From NCBI GenBank assembly GCA_963753975.1, contig CAVWEH010000004.1, positions 192,001 to 256,000 on the forward strand: a DNA stretch of 64,000 bases, read 5' to 3'. The notes below the pieces were generated by a model. The model did no database searches, was not told the DNA's origin, and saw only the letters and a program-made list of their open reading frames with translations. The stretch's first letter is position 1; every line of letters begins with the position of its first letter. Made by a program: the position numbers and the translations under genes. This document shows positions 39,545 to 49,561 of the stretch, piece by piece. The stretch is from an uncultured delta proteobacterium (GTDB taxonomy: Bacteria > Desulfobacterota > Syntrophia > Syntrophales > Smithellaceae).

Positions 39545-39793
39545 TTACCCGAGTTTTTGTTTGATAATTCTGACAGCATCGCCGATGGTGCGAATCTTAT
39601 CCGCCTCATCGTCATCAACGCTGATACCGTAAACATCCTCACACTTGATGATCACATCCACCAGACGGGCGGAATTTACTTTCAAATCATTTAAGATGTG
39701 CGTGTCCATTGTCGCCTTTTCTAAAAGAGTCTGGTCTTTGGTATAGACTTTTAAAATATTCTTCATCTCTTCAAAAATTTTTTTCTCATCCAT
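39545..39793 (-). CDS. Acyl carrier protein
   Basis: 82 aa, acidic; DLKVNSARLVD attachment Ser. Confidence 0.9.
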   Translation of the reverse strand: MDEKKIFEEMKNILKVYTKDQTLLEKATMDTHILNDLKVNSARLVDVIIKCEDVYGISVDDDEADKIRTIGDAVRIIKQKLG

Positions 39794-39816
39794 AAAACTA
39801 TTCTCCTTATTAAAAA

Positions 39817-41097
39817 TTAATTTTTATCCCACTTTTTAAATATGATACAGCTGTTAACATCGCCAAAACCAAAACCGGCTTTGGCAACAATTCGTAATCG
39901 CGGAAATTCCAAGCATTTTTGCGGAATCTTCGGAGCATATGCCGCAATTTCCGGGTGTACGTCTTCACAATTAATAGAAGGATGTAGGAAACCTTTATAT
40001 ATTTGCAAAACAGAAGCCACGCATTCTATGGCGCCGGCAGCACCCAAACAATGACCAATCAAAGATTTTGTCGCTTGAATGTACGGAAAATTATCAGGAG
40101 TCCTCTCCAATGCTTCCGCCCAGCTTTTCACTTCATGAGGATCGGCATAAGTTGCCGTCAGATGGCCGTTAACGACATCAACTTCAGCCGGATTAATACC
40201 GGCATCGGCCACTGCACCGCGAATACACCTCTTCACCCCTTCAGGATTAGGTGCAGTCATCGAACCTCCCATCCGCTGGCCGCCGCAATTAACATAGCCG
40301 CCGATTATTTCCGCGTAAATTCTGGCGCCCCTGGCCATAGCCGTTTCCAATTCTTCCAAAACCAGCATGGCACCGCCGGAACCGGGAACGAAGCCGCAAG
40401 CAGTAGCGCTCATCGGGCGGGAGCCGGCTTGCGGATTATCATTAAATTTACGGCAAAGTACACGCATGGCATCAAAGCCTCCCCAGATGAAAGGCGTGGC
40501 ACCTTCGGAACCGCCGGCTATCATGCGTTTGGCTAATCCCATCCTTATTCTCCAGAGAGCATCGATTACAGCCTCATTACCGGTGCTGCACGCTGAAGAA
40601 TTCGACGTCACTTTATTGCCGGCGCCGATCAAACCGGAAATACGGGCGCTGGTGCCGCTACCCATTACCTGTTCTACAATACGGCTACCCAATCGTCGAA
40701 CCCTTCCCTCGTTAATCATAGGAACGACACTATTGGCAATCGTATCCATGCCGCCGATTCCTGAACCGGCAATAACTCCTGTGTCCCAATCTATCGTATC
40801 GTCATCGCTATCCGGAATATTAAATCCCGCATCCCTCCAGGCATCCACCGCCGAGACCGAAGCGAAGCCGATATTATCATTAAAGGATAAGAGTTTTTCA
40901 CGGTCGAAATAACTCTTGCGGATAACGTCAAAATTTTCCGGCACGCCCGCAATCTGACACCCAAATTTTAATTCCGCGAGAAGTGGAATAAAACGAATGC
41001 CGGAAACACCATCTCTGAGCGCCTGTTCAAAATCATCCAATCCATGCGCGTTGGGCGCCGCTACACCCATTCCCGTTATGACTACCCTTTTTCTCAT
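39817..41097 (-). CDS. fabF: Beta-ketoacyl-ACP synthase II-like
   Basis: RVVITGMG, SACSTG, NGHLTAT, KSLIGHCLGAAG and FGFG. Confidence 0.88.
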   Translation of the reverse strand: MRKRVVITGMGVAAPNAHGLDDFEQALRDGVSGIRFIPLLAELKFGCQIAGVPENFDVIRKSYFDREKLLSFNDNIGFASVSAVDAWRDAGFNIPDSDDDTIDWDTGVIAGSGIGGMDTIANSVVPMINEGRVRRLGSRIVEQVMGSGTSARISGLIGAGNKVTSNSSACSTGNEAVIDALWRIRMGLAKRMIAGGSEGATPFIWGGFDAMRVLCRKFNDNPQAGSRPMSATACGFVPGSGGAMLVLEELETAMARGARIYAEIIGGYVNCGGQRMGGSMTAPNPEGVKRCIRGAVADAGINPAEVDVVNGHLTATYADPHEVKSWAEALERTPDNFPYIQATKSLIGHCLGAAGAIECVASVLQIYKGFLHPSINCEDVHPEIAAYAPKIPQKCLEFPRLRIVAKAGFGFGDVNSCIIFKKWDKN

Positions 41098-41564
41098 TTC
41101 TCCACCATCACTCCGGTTAGCGTTCCGAGGCAAACTATTTCGCCGTTTTCTCTTTCCAAAGTCGTATCCACTTTAAGAATTCCCTTACGAAAATAATTTT
41201 TTTTGCCCTTCACGATCACCCTTTCGCCCGGCATTACCATTCCGTTAAACTCAACGCCATCAACCGAAGAAAACAAGCTAAGCGGCATATCCATTGCTGC
41301 AGGCCGCATTTTTTTCTGACACGCAAGAAGGTAAATTCCAAAAGCAGTAGCTCCAATTTGCGCCATCGTTTCAATTAGAATCACGCCCGGCGTAATAGGC
41401 CTACCCGGAAAATGACCGCGATAAAAAAATTCATCTTCACGAAAGCGATAAGCACCGGTTATTTCTGCCTCATCAAGACTGATAATTTCATCAATGAAGC
41501 GAAAAGGCTCCTGTTGCGGCACAAGCGCTAAGACTTCCTTGATGACGCCGGCGTCAACCACCAT
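41094..41564 (-). CDS. FabZ/FabA-like dehydratase
   Basis: PQQEPFRFID and GHFPGRPITPGVILIETMAQ. Confidence 0.85.
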   Translation of the reverse strand: MVVDAGVIKEVLALVPQQEPFRFIDEIISLDEAEITGAYRFREDEFFYRGHFPGRPITPGVILIETMAQIGATAFGIYLLACQKKMRPAAMDMPLSLFSSVDGVEFNGMVMPGERVIVKGKKNYFRKGILKVDTTLERENGEIVCLGTLTGVMVEK

Positions 41565-42285
41565 AAAGCCCCCCATTAACATGAATGACCGTTCCTGTAA
41601 TATAATTGGCCCTTGTTGCTAAAAACGCCACCACATCAGCTATTTCCTCGGCCTTGCCCAACCTGGCCAATGGAATGCTGGACATGATCCTCTCCTTGAC
41701 ATGATCGGGAAGTTCCTTTGTCATGGTCGTGTCTATAAAGCCCGGAGCAACGGAATTGACCAGGATATTTCTTCCCCATAACTCCTTCGCCAGCGACTTC
41801 GTAAAGGCATCCAGGGCCGCCTTCTCCATGGTGTAGGGAATCTGTCCTGAATTACCCGTATGCCCAACAACGCTGGAGATATTGATAATTCGCCCCGTAT
41901 TCTGCCGGAGCATAAACTGCCGGAGGATTTTCTTGGTCAGATACCAGGCACCCCGTACAAGTTCACGCTGGCGGTCGAATTCTTCGATTTTCATCGAGTT
42001 GATATCATTGTTGACCGAAATGCCTGCGCTGTTGACAAGGACATCCACACGACCTGCCACTTCCTTGATCTGGCTTACCATCCTGTCTATCTGATCCGGG
42101 TCCGTCAGATCAGCTTCCACCAGGAAGCCTTCCTTGATCTCGGCAAGAACCGCTTTCGACGGTTCTTCCATAACGGGTATGTAGTTGATGCCCACACGGA
42201 AACCTTCGGACGCCAGGGCGCGGGTACAAGCCGCCCCTATGCCCGTTCCTCCACCTGTAACAATTGCCACCGGTTTCTCCATCAT
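41554..42285 (-). CDS. fabG: 3-oxoacyl-ACP reductase
   Basis: TGGGTGIG, NISSVVG, YTMEK and APGFIDT. Confidence 0.85.
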   Translation of the reverse strand: MMEKPVAIVTGGGTGIGAACTRALASEGFRVGINYIPVMEEPSKAVLAEIKEGFLVEADLTDPDQIDRMVSQIKEVAGRVDVLVNSAGISVNNDINSMKIEEFDRQRELVRGAWYLTKKILRQFMLRQNTGRIINISSVVGHTGNSGQIPYTMEKAALDAFTKSLAKELWGRNILVNSVAPGFIDTTMTKELPDHVKERIMSSIPLARLGKAEEIADVVAFLATRANYITGTVIHVNGGLYGG

Positions 42286-43274
42286 TTGCCCTCCTCCACT
42301 TTCAACACCATGTGCGTCCAGGATAGCCCGGCGCCTACTATAGCCATGGCAATGCGATCGCCGGCTTTAATTTCATCCCAATGCATACTTAAGGTAGCGG
42401 GCGCGCTGCAACAGCCTGTATTGCCGAACTGATCAACATTATACCAATGGTGCTCAGGATTTATTCCTCTTCTCTCGCTGACACCTTTAAGCATTAATAA
42501 GTTAGCTTGATGACCTATAAATATAAAGCGTTTAGCCTCTGCCGCGAAGGCCTCCTGCAAAATTTTTACGGATTCCGTCGTCTGCCGAATGGCAAAACCC
42601 TGCACAGCATTACCCTCCTGGTGAAAATTCCAATTCCACGTGATTCCTACTTTTTCCCACGCGGAAGGACGGGAATCAAAAATACAATTCATAAAAGCGG
42701 CACGCGAAGGAATTTTCGTAGAAACTATCGCGGCAGCACTGCCATCCCCGAAAAGAACCGCTACACTACGGTCAGTATAGTCGACAGCTTTCGTCAGCGT
42801 TTCCGAGTCCACCAGCAATATATAAGGCGGAAGGCTATCCGGTTGCATTCGGGATAGAAAATTGATTTGCATCCCAAAAGTAGAGCAGGCTGAATTCATA
42901 TCGAGAGAAGGCACTTCAATGCCCAGTTCTGTAGCAATTGCTGAAGCTTCAGCCGGCGAGATGTTATCCGGCGATGAAGACCCGGCAATAACCATTCCGA
43001 TATCTTCAGGCTTTAGTGAAGCTCTTTTAAGCGCGAGTCTCGCGGCTTCCGCTCCCATTTGCGCATTTTTATAAAGTCTGGCTTCAAAGGCTGCGCGCGG
43101 GTCCCTGTTTTTAGTTTTTTTAATATAGTCCAGAGGTAATACTGTCCGGCGATTTTCGATACCCACACGCTCCAAAATCCATTCGTTATTTGTGCCGATA
43201 TCCAAATCTTCCAAAAATTTGTTCGTAATAATATTTTCCGGATTAAAATGTCCCATGGAGTGAAGATAAAGCAT
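42282..43274 (-). CDS. fabH: Ketoacyl-ACP synthase III-like
   Basis: Cys-His-Asn triad: SACS, HQAN, GNTG. Confidence 0.8.
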   Translation of the reverse strand: MLYLHSMGHFNPENIITNKFLEDLDIGTNNEWILERVGIENRRTVLPLDYIKKTKNRDPRAAFEARLYKNAQMGAEAARLALKRASLKPEDIGMVIAGSSSPDNISPAEASAIATELGIEVPSLDMNSACSTFGMQINFLSRMQPDSLPPYILLVDSETLTKAVDYTDRSVAVLFGDGSAAAIVSTKIPSRAAFMNCIFDSRPSAWEKVGITWNWNFHQEGNAVQGFAIRQTTESVKILQEAFAAEAKRFIFIGHQANLLMLKGVSERRGINPEHHWYNVDQFGNTGCCSAPATLSMHWDEIKAGDRIAMAIVGAGLSWTHMVLKVEEGK

Positions 43275-43276
43275 TT

Positions 43277-44476
43277 CTAAACAATCTCCCGTCCGATAAT
43301 CATATTTTGCACTTCGCGCACACCCTCGTAAATATCAATGATATGCGCGTCGCGTGCGAGCTTGGAAATTTCGTACTCGGCGGTAAAACCATAACCGCCA
43401 TGTAAATGAAGCCCTTCCGCTGTACAAAAGAGGGCGGCTTCTGCGGCTGCGTTTTTGGCTAAAGAAGCATAAATACCGGCGTCCGCGGCTTTTTCCTTAA
43501 TTTTACAGACCGCCTTCAAAAGAGCGAGTTCCGCCAGTTCCACTTTTTTCCACATGGTTGTGATCATGTCTCTGGCCACGGGAAGATCGCAAATTCTCTG
43601 ACCAAATTGCTTGCGTTCCCTCGTATAATCCAAAGTAACCGCCAAGGCCCTTTTGGCCAATCCTAAACCGATCGCGGCCACCATGGGCCGGGCGTAATCC
43701 AAAACATCGATAATATATTTAAAACCGAAACGCCGGTCTCCGATAATCTGCTGCGGCTGGATAATTACATCTTCAAAAGTGACACTGGCCGTGTTGGAAA
43801 GACGTTGTCCTAATTTATCTTCCGGCTTGCCGATAATTATTTTACCGCCTGTCGGCAGCGTAATTTCCCTTGTTGCCTGCCCGATATCGGGAATTTCTTT
43901 TGCCGTTACAGGCTCTACCGGAATAACAACACAGGCCATAAAATTGCTCGTCGATTTTCCTACTTTGCAGATAACGGTATATTGGGAAGCATAGGAAGCA
44001 TTGGTTATAAAGCACTTGGAACCGTTCAAAACATAGGAGCCGTCATCCTTTTTGACGATAAAGCTCGTCATCATCGAATTATCCGAACCCGCGTTAGGTT
44101 CCGTTAAACAAAAAGAAGCCAAAAGAGGCTTTTCTACAAAAGGTTTAAGAAATAATTCTTTTTGCTCATCTGTGCCATGCTGGCCGATTACAACATTAGC
44201 CAAATCATTACACATCGCGGAAGTGGAGATGCCTGTGTCGCCGTAAGAGAGCTCTTCGATAATCAGAGCCGATGAAATAACGTCAACCTCAAATCCCTTG
44301 ATGGCTTCCGGGATGCACAAATTAATGATCCCCATTTCCCAGGCTTTGTTAATAATCGCCCAGGGGAATTTATGAGCCTTTTCCATCTCCAAAATGTAAG
44401 GTGTTATTCCATTTTTTACCAATTTCCTCACAGTATCTAAATACGCGAGTTGATTCTCATTAAGACTAAAATCCAT
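43277..44476 (-). CDS. Acyl-CoA/acyl-ACP dehydrogenase
   Basis: FCLTEPNAGSD, LNGSKCFITN, RKQFG, HGGYG and IYEG. Confidence 0.9.
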   Translation of the reverse strand: MDFSLNENQLAYLDTVRKLVKNGITPYILEMEKAHKFPWAIINKAWEMGIINLCIPEAIKGFEVDVISSALIIEELSYGDTGISTSAMCNDLANVVIGQHGTDEQKELFLKPFVEKPLLASFCLTEPNAGSDNSMMTSFIVKKDDGSYVLNGSKCFITNASYASQYTVICKVGKSTSNFMACVVIPVEPVTAKEIPDIGQATREITLPTGGKIIIGKPEDKLGQRLSNTASVTFEDVIIQPQQIIGDRRFGFKYIIDVLDYARPMVAAIGLGLAKRALAVTLDYTRERKQFGQRICDLPVARDMITTMWKKVELAELALLKAVCKIKEKAADAGIYASLAKNAAAEAALFCTAEGLHLHGGYGFTAEYEISKLARDAHIIDIYEGVREVQNMIIGREIV

Positions 44477-44573
44477 AAACCAAACCTTTCATTTCGCTTT
44501 CTAGATATAAATTTACAGGACAATGCCTTTGAGGCAGTCTTTTTTCAAAAAAAGAACCTTAATTATTGCCCCT

Positions 44574-46025
44574 TCATGCAGCAACTTTTTTTCCGGGGAA
44601 TTTTTCAACTCCCGCACTTGCCGGCGAATTGATTCCATATTTCGTCTGCAGAAATTTTTCCATAGTTGCGGGATATAAGATATATGCAAGCACGTCTTCA
44701 TCGCTACGGGCAAGGCCGCCAATGCGTTTTTTTGCCGCTTCGATTTCCGGTTCCAGATAATCAGCAGGTCTTCCGGAAACCGGCTCCTGTCCATGCTTGT
44801 AATTCTTTAGTATCTTTTTGGTCAATTCCGGATCAATGGACACCGGAGTTTTTCCGTATAGTCCCAAAACCAGATCTTTAAGCTGGTTAGATACCCGAAC
44901 ATAACGGCCAAAAAGTACATTTAACACGGCTTGTGCTCCGATAATTTGCGATACTGGAGTAACCAAGGGTGGATAACCCATGTCTTTGCGCGTTTGAACT
45001 ACTTCTATGTAAATTTCTCCCAATCGGTCAAGGGCGTTCATTTCTTTTAGTTGGCCGGTTAAATTGGAAATCATTCCGCCGGGAATTTGATGGGCAAGAA
45101 CTCCGTTATCGATAATCGAGAGTTTATGATTCGCCAGATGATGATTATATTTCGGAGCAATATTTTCCAGGTGTTCACCCAGCACCAGCAGTTTGTGTAA
45201 ATCCATTCCGGTCGCACGCTCAGTTCCCTGAAGGGCCGCAACCAGCGGCTCAATGGCCGGCATCGATGTTCTCAGCGCAAAAGGCGCGAGACATGTATCG
45301 ACAACATCAACTCCGGCTTCTATTGCTTTTAAATATGTCATGGAGGCCATGCCGCTGGTGTAATGGGTATGCAAATGCAGGGGCACATTGATTTCTTTTT
45401 TTAAAGCGAAAATCAGATCATAGGCGTCAAAAGGGGAAAGCAGCCCTGCCATATCTTTAATGCAGACAGCGTCCGCGCCCATTTTCTCCAGTTCTTTAGC
45501 TTTCGCCACGTAATAATCAAGGTTATAAACTTCACCACCCAGACGAACATCCGTCAATGAATAACAAACAGCTCCATGAAACTGTTTACCGTTGGTTTTG
45601 ATTCTTTCCGCGCAAGTCTCCATGTTGCGGAAATCATTTAAAGCGTCAAAACAACGGAAAATATCTATGCCGATTTCACAGGCTTTATCAACAAAAGCGC
45701 GGACAACATCATCGGCGTAATGACGGTAACCGACAAGATTTTGTCCGCGTATAAGCATGGCAAAGGGGGTTTTGGTGATATACTTTTTTAAAATCCTTGG
45801 TCTCATCCAGGGGTCCTCGCCCAAGAACCTATGCATTGTATCAAAGGTGGCGCCGCCCCATACTTCCATCGCATGAAAACCGCAATGGTCCATTTCTTCG
45901 GCTATGGGAAGCATATCTTCCGTTTTCATTCGCGTGGCATATATGGATTGATGGCCATCGCGAAAGGTATTATCCTGAATTTTTAGGGGATTCGTGGGAA
46001 CCTTTTTAAAACTGTTCAAAGTCAT
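44574..46025 (-). CDS. Pyruvate/oxaloacetate carboxyltransferase (PycB/OadA/transcarboxylase 5S type), no biotinyl domain
   Basis: RDGHQS, EVWGGATFD, IKDMAG, HTH, IPGGMISN and PPLVTP. Confidence 0.88.
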   Translation of the reverse strand: MTLNSFKKVPTNPLKIQDNTFRDGHQSIYATRMKTEDMLPIAEEMDHCGFHAMEVWGGATFDTMHRFLGEDPWMRPRILKKYITKTPFAMLIRGQNLVGYRHYADDVVRAFVDKACEIGIDIFRCFDALNDFRNMETCAERIKTNGKQFHGAVCYSLTDVRLGGEVYNLDYYVAKAKELEKMGADAVCIKDMAGLLSPFDAYDLIFALKKEINVPLHLHTHYTSGMASMTYLKAIEAGVDVVDTCLAPFALRTSMPAIEPLVAALQGTERATGMDLHKLLVLGEHLENIAPKYNHHLANHKLSIIDNGVLAHQIPGGMISNLTGQLKEMNALDRLGEIYIEVVQTRKDMGYPPLVTPVSQIIGAQAVLNVLFGRYVRVSNQLKDLVLGLYGKTPVSIDPELTKKILKNYKHGQEPVSGRPADYLEPEIEAAKKRIGGLARSDEDVLAYILYPATMEKFLQTKYGINSPASAGVEKFPGKKVAA

Positions 46026-46073
46026 TCCTCCCTGTCAACGTTAGCGGGCATCTTCATATAAGCTGCACGCTTT

Positions 46074-47024
46074 TTAGTTTGTCGGGTTAAAATTCTTTTC
46101 AGCTGCTGCGAGCCCGGTAATCGCTTGGCAGGTTACGCCTATTGTTTTGAAAAAATCACGCAGCGGCCGGCCCGGACCAACTTCATAAACTTCCGTGGCC
46201 TTGGCGGCTAAACTTTGCATGTTTTCCCGCCAGCGTACGGTATTACTAATTTGATTCACCAGATTCTCTCTTATTTTTTCAACATCGGCCGAATGAAATC
46301 CGCCGGTAAAATTTGATGTTACTTGAGAGGCATTGTGCGGTTTTATATTCTTGCCGACTTCTTTCAATGTATCGGAAAAAGCATTTTCTATTTTCTTCAT
46401 GAAGCGGCTATGGAACGGAGCACTCACATTCAGATGAACACAGCGAAAAGGTTTTGGAGAAGCCAGCATTTGCTCCAATCTTTTTTCCACTTCTTTTACG
46501 GCGGAAGTTCTGCCGCTTATTACAACCTGATGGGCGGAATTAACATTCGCCATATCTACCGGCATGTCTTCCATTAACTTCTTCAACGTATCAATATCTA
46601 TATCTTCGGAAATAACCGCGGCCATGGCCCCTGCGCCAACCGGTACAGCTTCCTGCATCAATTTTCCGCGGGTTTGAACTATTTTTAGAGTTTCATCCAT
46701 AGGCATCACCCCGGCGGCAACAAGTGCGGTAAATTCTCCTAAAGAATGGCCGCCAAAAAATTTAGGCGTAAAGCCATATCGATGGGCTAATCCCCTCAGC
46801 ATGGCTATTTCCGTTGTTACGATGCAAGGCTGAGTATATTCCGTTAGATTTAATCTTTCATCTTCATCAAAACACAGGGAAGATACATCCCAACCCAGGG
46901 TATCGGAAGCCTCTTCATATGTCTGGCGGCAGACAGAAATTTGTTCATAAAAGTCTTTCCCCATACCCGGCCTCTGCGAACCCTGCCCGGGAAAAACAAC
47001 CGCTATATCTTCAAAATCTTTCAT
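46074..47024 (-). CDS. fabD: Malonyl-CoA:ACP transacylase
   Basis: FPGQGSQ, GHSLGE and VSAPFHS. Confidence 0.95.
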   Translation of the reverse strand: MKDFEDIAVVFPGQGSQRPGMGKDFYEQISVCRQTYEEASDTLGWDVSSLCFDEDERLNLTEYTQPCIVTTEIAMLRGLAHRYGFTPKFFGGHSLGEFTALVAAGVMPMDETLKIVQTRGKLMQEAVPVGAGAMAAVISEDIDIDTLKKLMEDMPVDMANVNSAHQVVISGRTSAVKEVEKRLEQMLASPKPFRCVHLNVSAPFHSRFMKKIENAFSDTLKEVGKNIKPHNASQVTSNFTGGFHSADVEKIRENLVNQISNTVRWRENMQSLAAKATEVYEVGPGRPLRDFFKTIGVTCQAITGLAAAEKNFNPTN

Positions 47025-47107
47025 TTATCAACTTTTCCCCTTTAAAAAGCACTAAGCAAACTTATCTTAAAATACATTTAATGACAAGAATAAGATACTA
47101 AGTAAAC

Positions 47108-47124
47108 AGCACAATTTATGCCAC
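47108..47124 (-). promoter_or_regulatory. sigma54 -24/-12 promoter for the fab cluster
   Basis: Minus strand reads TGGCATAAATTGTGCT (GG-N10-GC), about 85 bp upstream of fabD. Confidence 0.65.
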
Positions 47125-47217
47125 AGACCAGGAAAATATTATAAAATTGAAGGAATTGGGATTTATTGTGTTTTTGATAAATATCCCGGGGGATAGAAAT
47201 AAAAACGCCATTTAATG

Positions 47218-47253
47218 TGCGTAAAATAGTTCACACTGCGAACAGGACTTCAC
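47218..47253. promoter_or_regulatory. Tandem 17-bp sites, candidate enhancer (UAS) for a sigma54 activator
   Basis: TGCGTAAAATAGTTCAC and TGCGAACAGGACTTCAC, about 95-130 bp upstream of the -24 box. Confidence 0.5.
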
Positions 47254-47497
47254 CTGCAAAAATTGATGTTAAATAATTTATCCAACGGCCAAAAAGGAAT
47301 AATTGTTCCATTAAATTATTGTTATCAATGATAATTTAAGATGGAGACGCTCTGAGAGTACCCCAATATTGTTGTAGAATTTGGTCAAAAATATTGATAA
47401 GCATTATTTCAGATCATTGGGTATTTACGGGAACATCACATTTTTCTGTTATTGTTTGTTTTAAAAAAACCGGCGTGATGAAGAAGAGGAGCAAATT

Positions 47498-47908
47498 ATG
47501 AAAATAACACTAATACTGACAGTAGCTCTCTTTCTAATCGGATGCGCGGCACGGTCGCAAAGTCCCGTCCTCTATCCTAATAATCATTTAAAAAACGTCG
47601 GAGGACCTCAAGCGCAAAAAGATATCGAGGAATGTTCACATATGGCCGAATTCTATGTCAAAGCTAATCCGGGAGCCAAGGTAGTAGGGGACACAATCGT
47701 CGGCGGCGCCGGCGGTGCAGTTGTGGGAGGAGCGGTGGTAGCCGTGACCGGAGATCTCGCCAGAGGCGTGTCAATAGGCGCGGCGGCTGGAGCGGCAAGC
47801 GGCCTTGTCCGTGGCATTTACAGAACTTCCAAACCCAGTCCTGTCTACAAAGCATTCGTGAATCACTGCCTTAGAGAAAAAGGTTATGACCCTATAGGAT
47901 GGGAATAA
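47498..47908 (+). CDS. Glycine-zipper lipoprotein
   Basis: Lipobox LIGC; GxxxG-rich segment; CLREKGY end. Confidence 0.8.
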   Translation: MKITLILTVALFLIGCAARSQSPVLYPNNHLKNVGGPQAQKDIEECSHMAEFYVKANPGAKVVGDTIVGGAGGAVVGGAVVAVTGDLARGVSIGAAAGAASGLVRGIYRTSKPSPVYKAFVNHCLREKGYDPIGWE

Positions 47909-47986
47909 AATTTCATTGGTCAATCAGGATACGGATTAATATCGGATTAAACCGACATTGTTAATATCATCTTTACGAAAGCGGAT

Positions 47987-49507
47987 ATGGATACATTTAC
48001 TCTTGCGGCAACCAGCTTTATCATTGCTTTTTCACTCATGCTTACCAGTAAAAAAGATAAGCTGCATGGGTCTTTTGCCGCTCTTTGCACCACTATTTTT
48101 ATTTTGCAAATCGCCGCTTTCCTCCGCCCTATCTTCGCTTCCGAATTTTGGATAAACGTTGAATATATGGGAAGCTTGGTCATCGCGCCTTTTGCTCTTC
48201 GCTTTTTCCGCCATCTGACCCGCAACAGATCTTTTATTTCCCGGGGAATGGTTTTTATTTTCACTTTAATAAGTTTATCGGGTCTTTTTTCCCTCGTTAC
48301 AAAGTTATCTGAATCGCCGCATTTTAAAACCATCATTTTATCTTACACATTCGGCACTCTGGCACTCTGCTATATCGCCCTCTGGCGTCATGTAAGCAAA
48401 CTGCCTCCCAGCACCGAAAAAAAACGCTTGGGGTACCTGGTCGTTGCTTGTCCCCTCGCGGTAATAGTAAGCACTATTGATCTATTCGTTTATTTAGGAT
48501 TCAACTTTCCCCCGATAACCGGTCTGGTTCTATCAGCCTTACTTTATCTGATTTTATTAATCATTGCTTATCCGCAGCTGCATGAATTGCATGATTTTTT
48601 CGCCCGGGCACTCGTAATTTTTATCAGCACGCTTGCCGGCACGATTATATTTTATTTTGTTGCCTTATTTTTCAGCTCCAACATACCTTCTGTTACCAGC
48701 GCGCTTATGGCTTCTTTTTTAATCGTTATTTCCCTTTCACCGATAAAAATGATTTTGAAAAAAAGTTTTAGCTACTTTTATCCCGACAGCAAAGATGTTT
48801 TTACTTCTCTTTATGAATTCGACGAAAAGCTGGAAAGGGAAAAAGCCTTGATGTTAGCGGAAATGGCACCGGTTTTCGCTCATGAAATTCGCAATCCGCT
48901 GGGTTCGATAAAAGGCGCTGCCCAATACTTAAAATCGGAAACACCATCTCCCGAGCAACAAAACCTTCTGGATGTCATTATTGAAGAAGTAAACAGGCTC
49001 AATGCCGTAGTCAATCAATTTCTTGATTACGCCCGGCCCTACAAGCTCGCTCTTAAAGCTCAAAGCATCAGCGTGATTATTCAAAAGGCTATCTCCATCA
49101 TCGCGGTCAATCGGCTGGCGGAAAATATTGCAATTGTCCGGGAGTTGAATCACAACTTACCCGAAGTGGCAGTAGACGAACAACAATTTATGCAGGTCAT
49201 CTTAAATATAGCCTTAAACGCGATCGAATCCATGCCGCAGGGCGGCACTTTAACTTTTCGCACGTCTAACATCGAATCCGGAGCGGAAGGAGCAATAAGC
49301 ATAACAATTCGCGATACCGGAAGCGGAATAAGCAAAGAGGAAATAAAGAATATTTTCAAGCCATTTTTCACAACCAAGAAAAGAGGTGTTGGTCTTGGTC
49401 TGGCTATTTGCCAAAGAATCATTAAAGAGCACGGCGGCATCATCCGCGTAAAATCAATTCCTGCGCAAGGAACTGTATTCTTCATCAAGCTCAATGCAGC
49501 CGGCTGA
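47987..49507 (+). CDS. Multi-TM sensor histidine kinase
   Basis: Hydrophobic N-terminus; AHEIRNPL, NAIESM, DTGSG, PFFTTK and GLGL. Confidence 0.92.
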   Translation: MDTFTLAATSFIIAFSLMLTSKKDKLHGSFAALCTTIFILQIAAFLRPIFASEFWINVEYMGSLVIAPFALRFFRHLTRNRSFISRGMVFIFTLISLSGLFSLVTKLSESPHFKTIILSYTFGTLALCYIALWRHVSKLPPSTEKKRLGYLVVACPLAVIVSTIDLFVYLGFNFPPITGLVLSALLYLILLIIAYPQLHELHDFFARALVIFISTLAGTIIFYFVALFFSSNIPSVTSALMASFLIVISLSPIKMILKKSFSYFYPDSKDVFTSLYEFDEKLEREKALMLAEMAPVFAHEIRNPLGSIKGAAQYLKSETPSPEQQNLLDVIIEEVNRLNAVVNQFLDYARPYKLALKAQSISVIIQKAISIIAVNRLAENIAIVRELNHNLPEVAVDEQQFMQVILNIALNAIESMPQGGTLTFRTSNIESGAEGAISITIRDTGSGISKEEIKNIFKPFFTTKKRGVGLGLAICQRIIKEHGGIIRVKSIPAQGTVFFIKLNAAG

Positions 49508-49561
49508 ATTTTAAATACAATCCAACTTGATTTAAATGCTAAAGCATAATAATTATAAACT

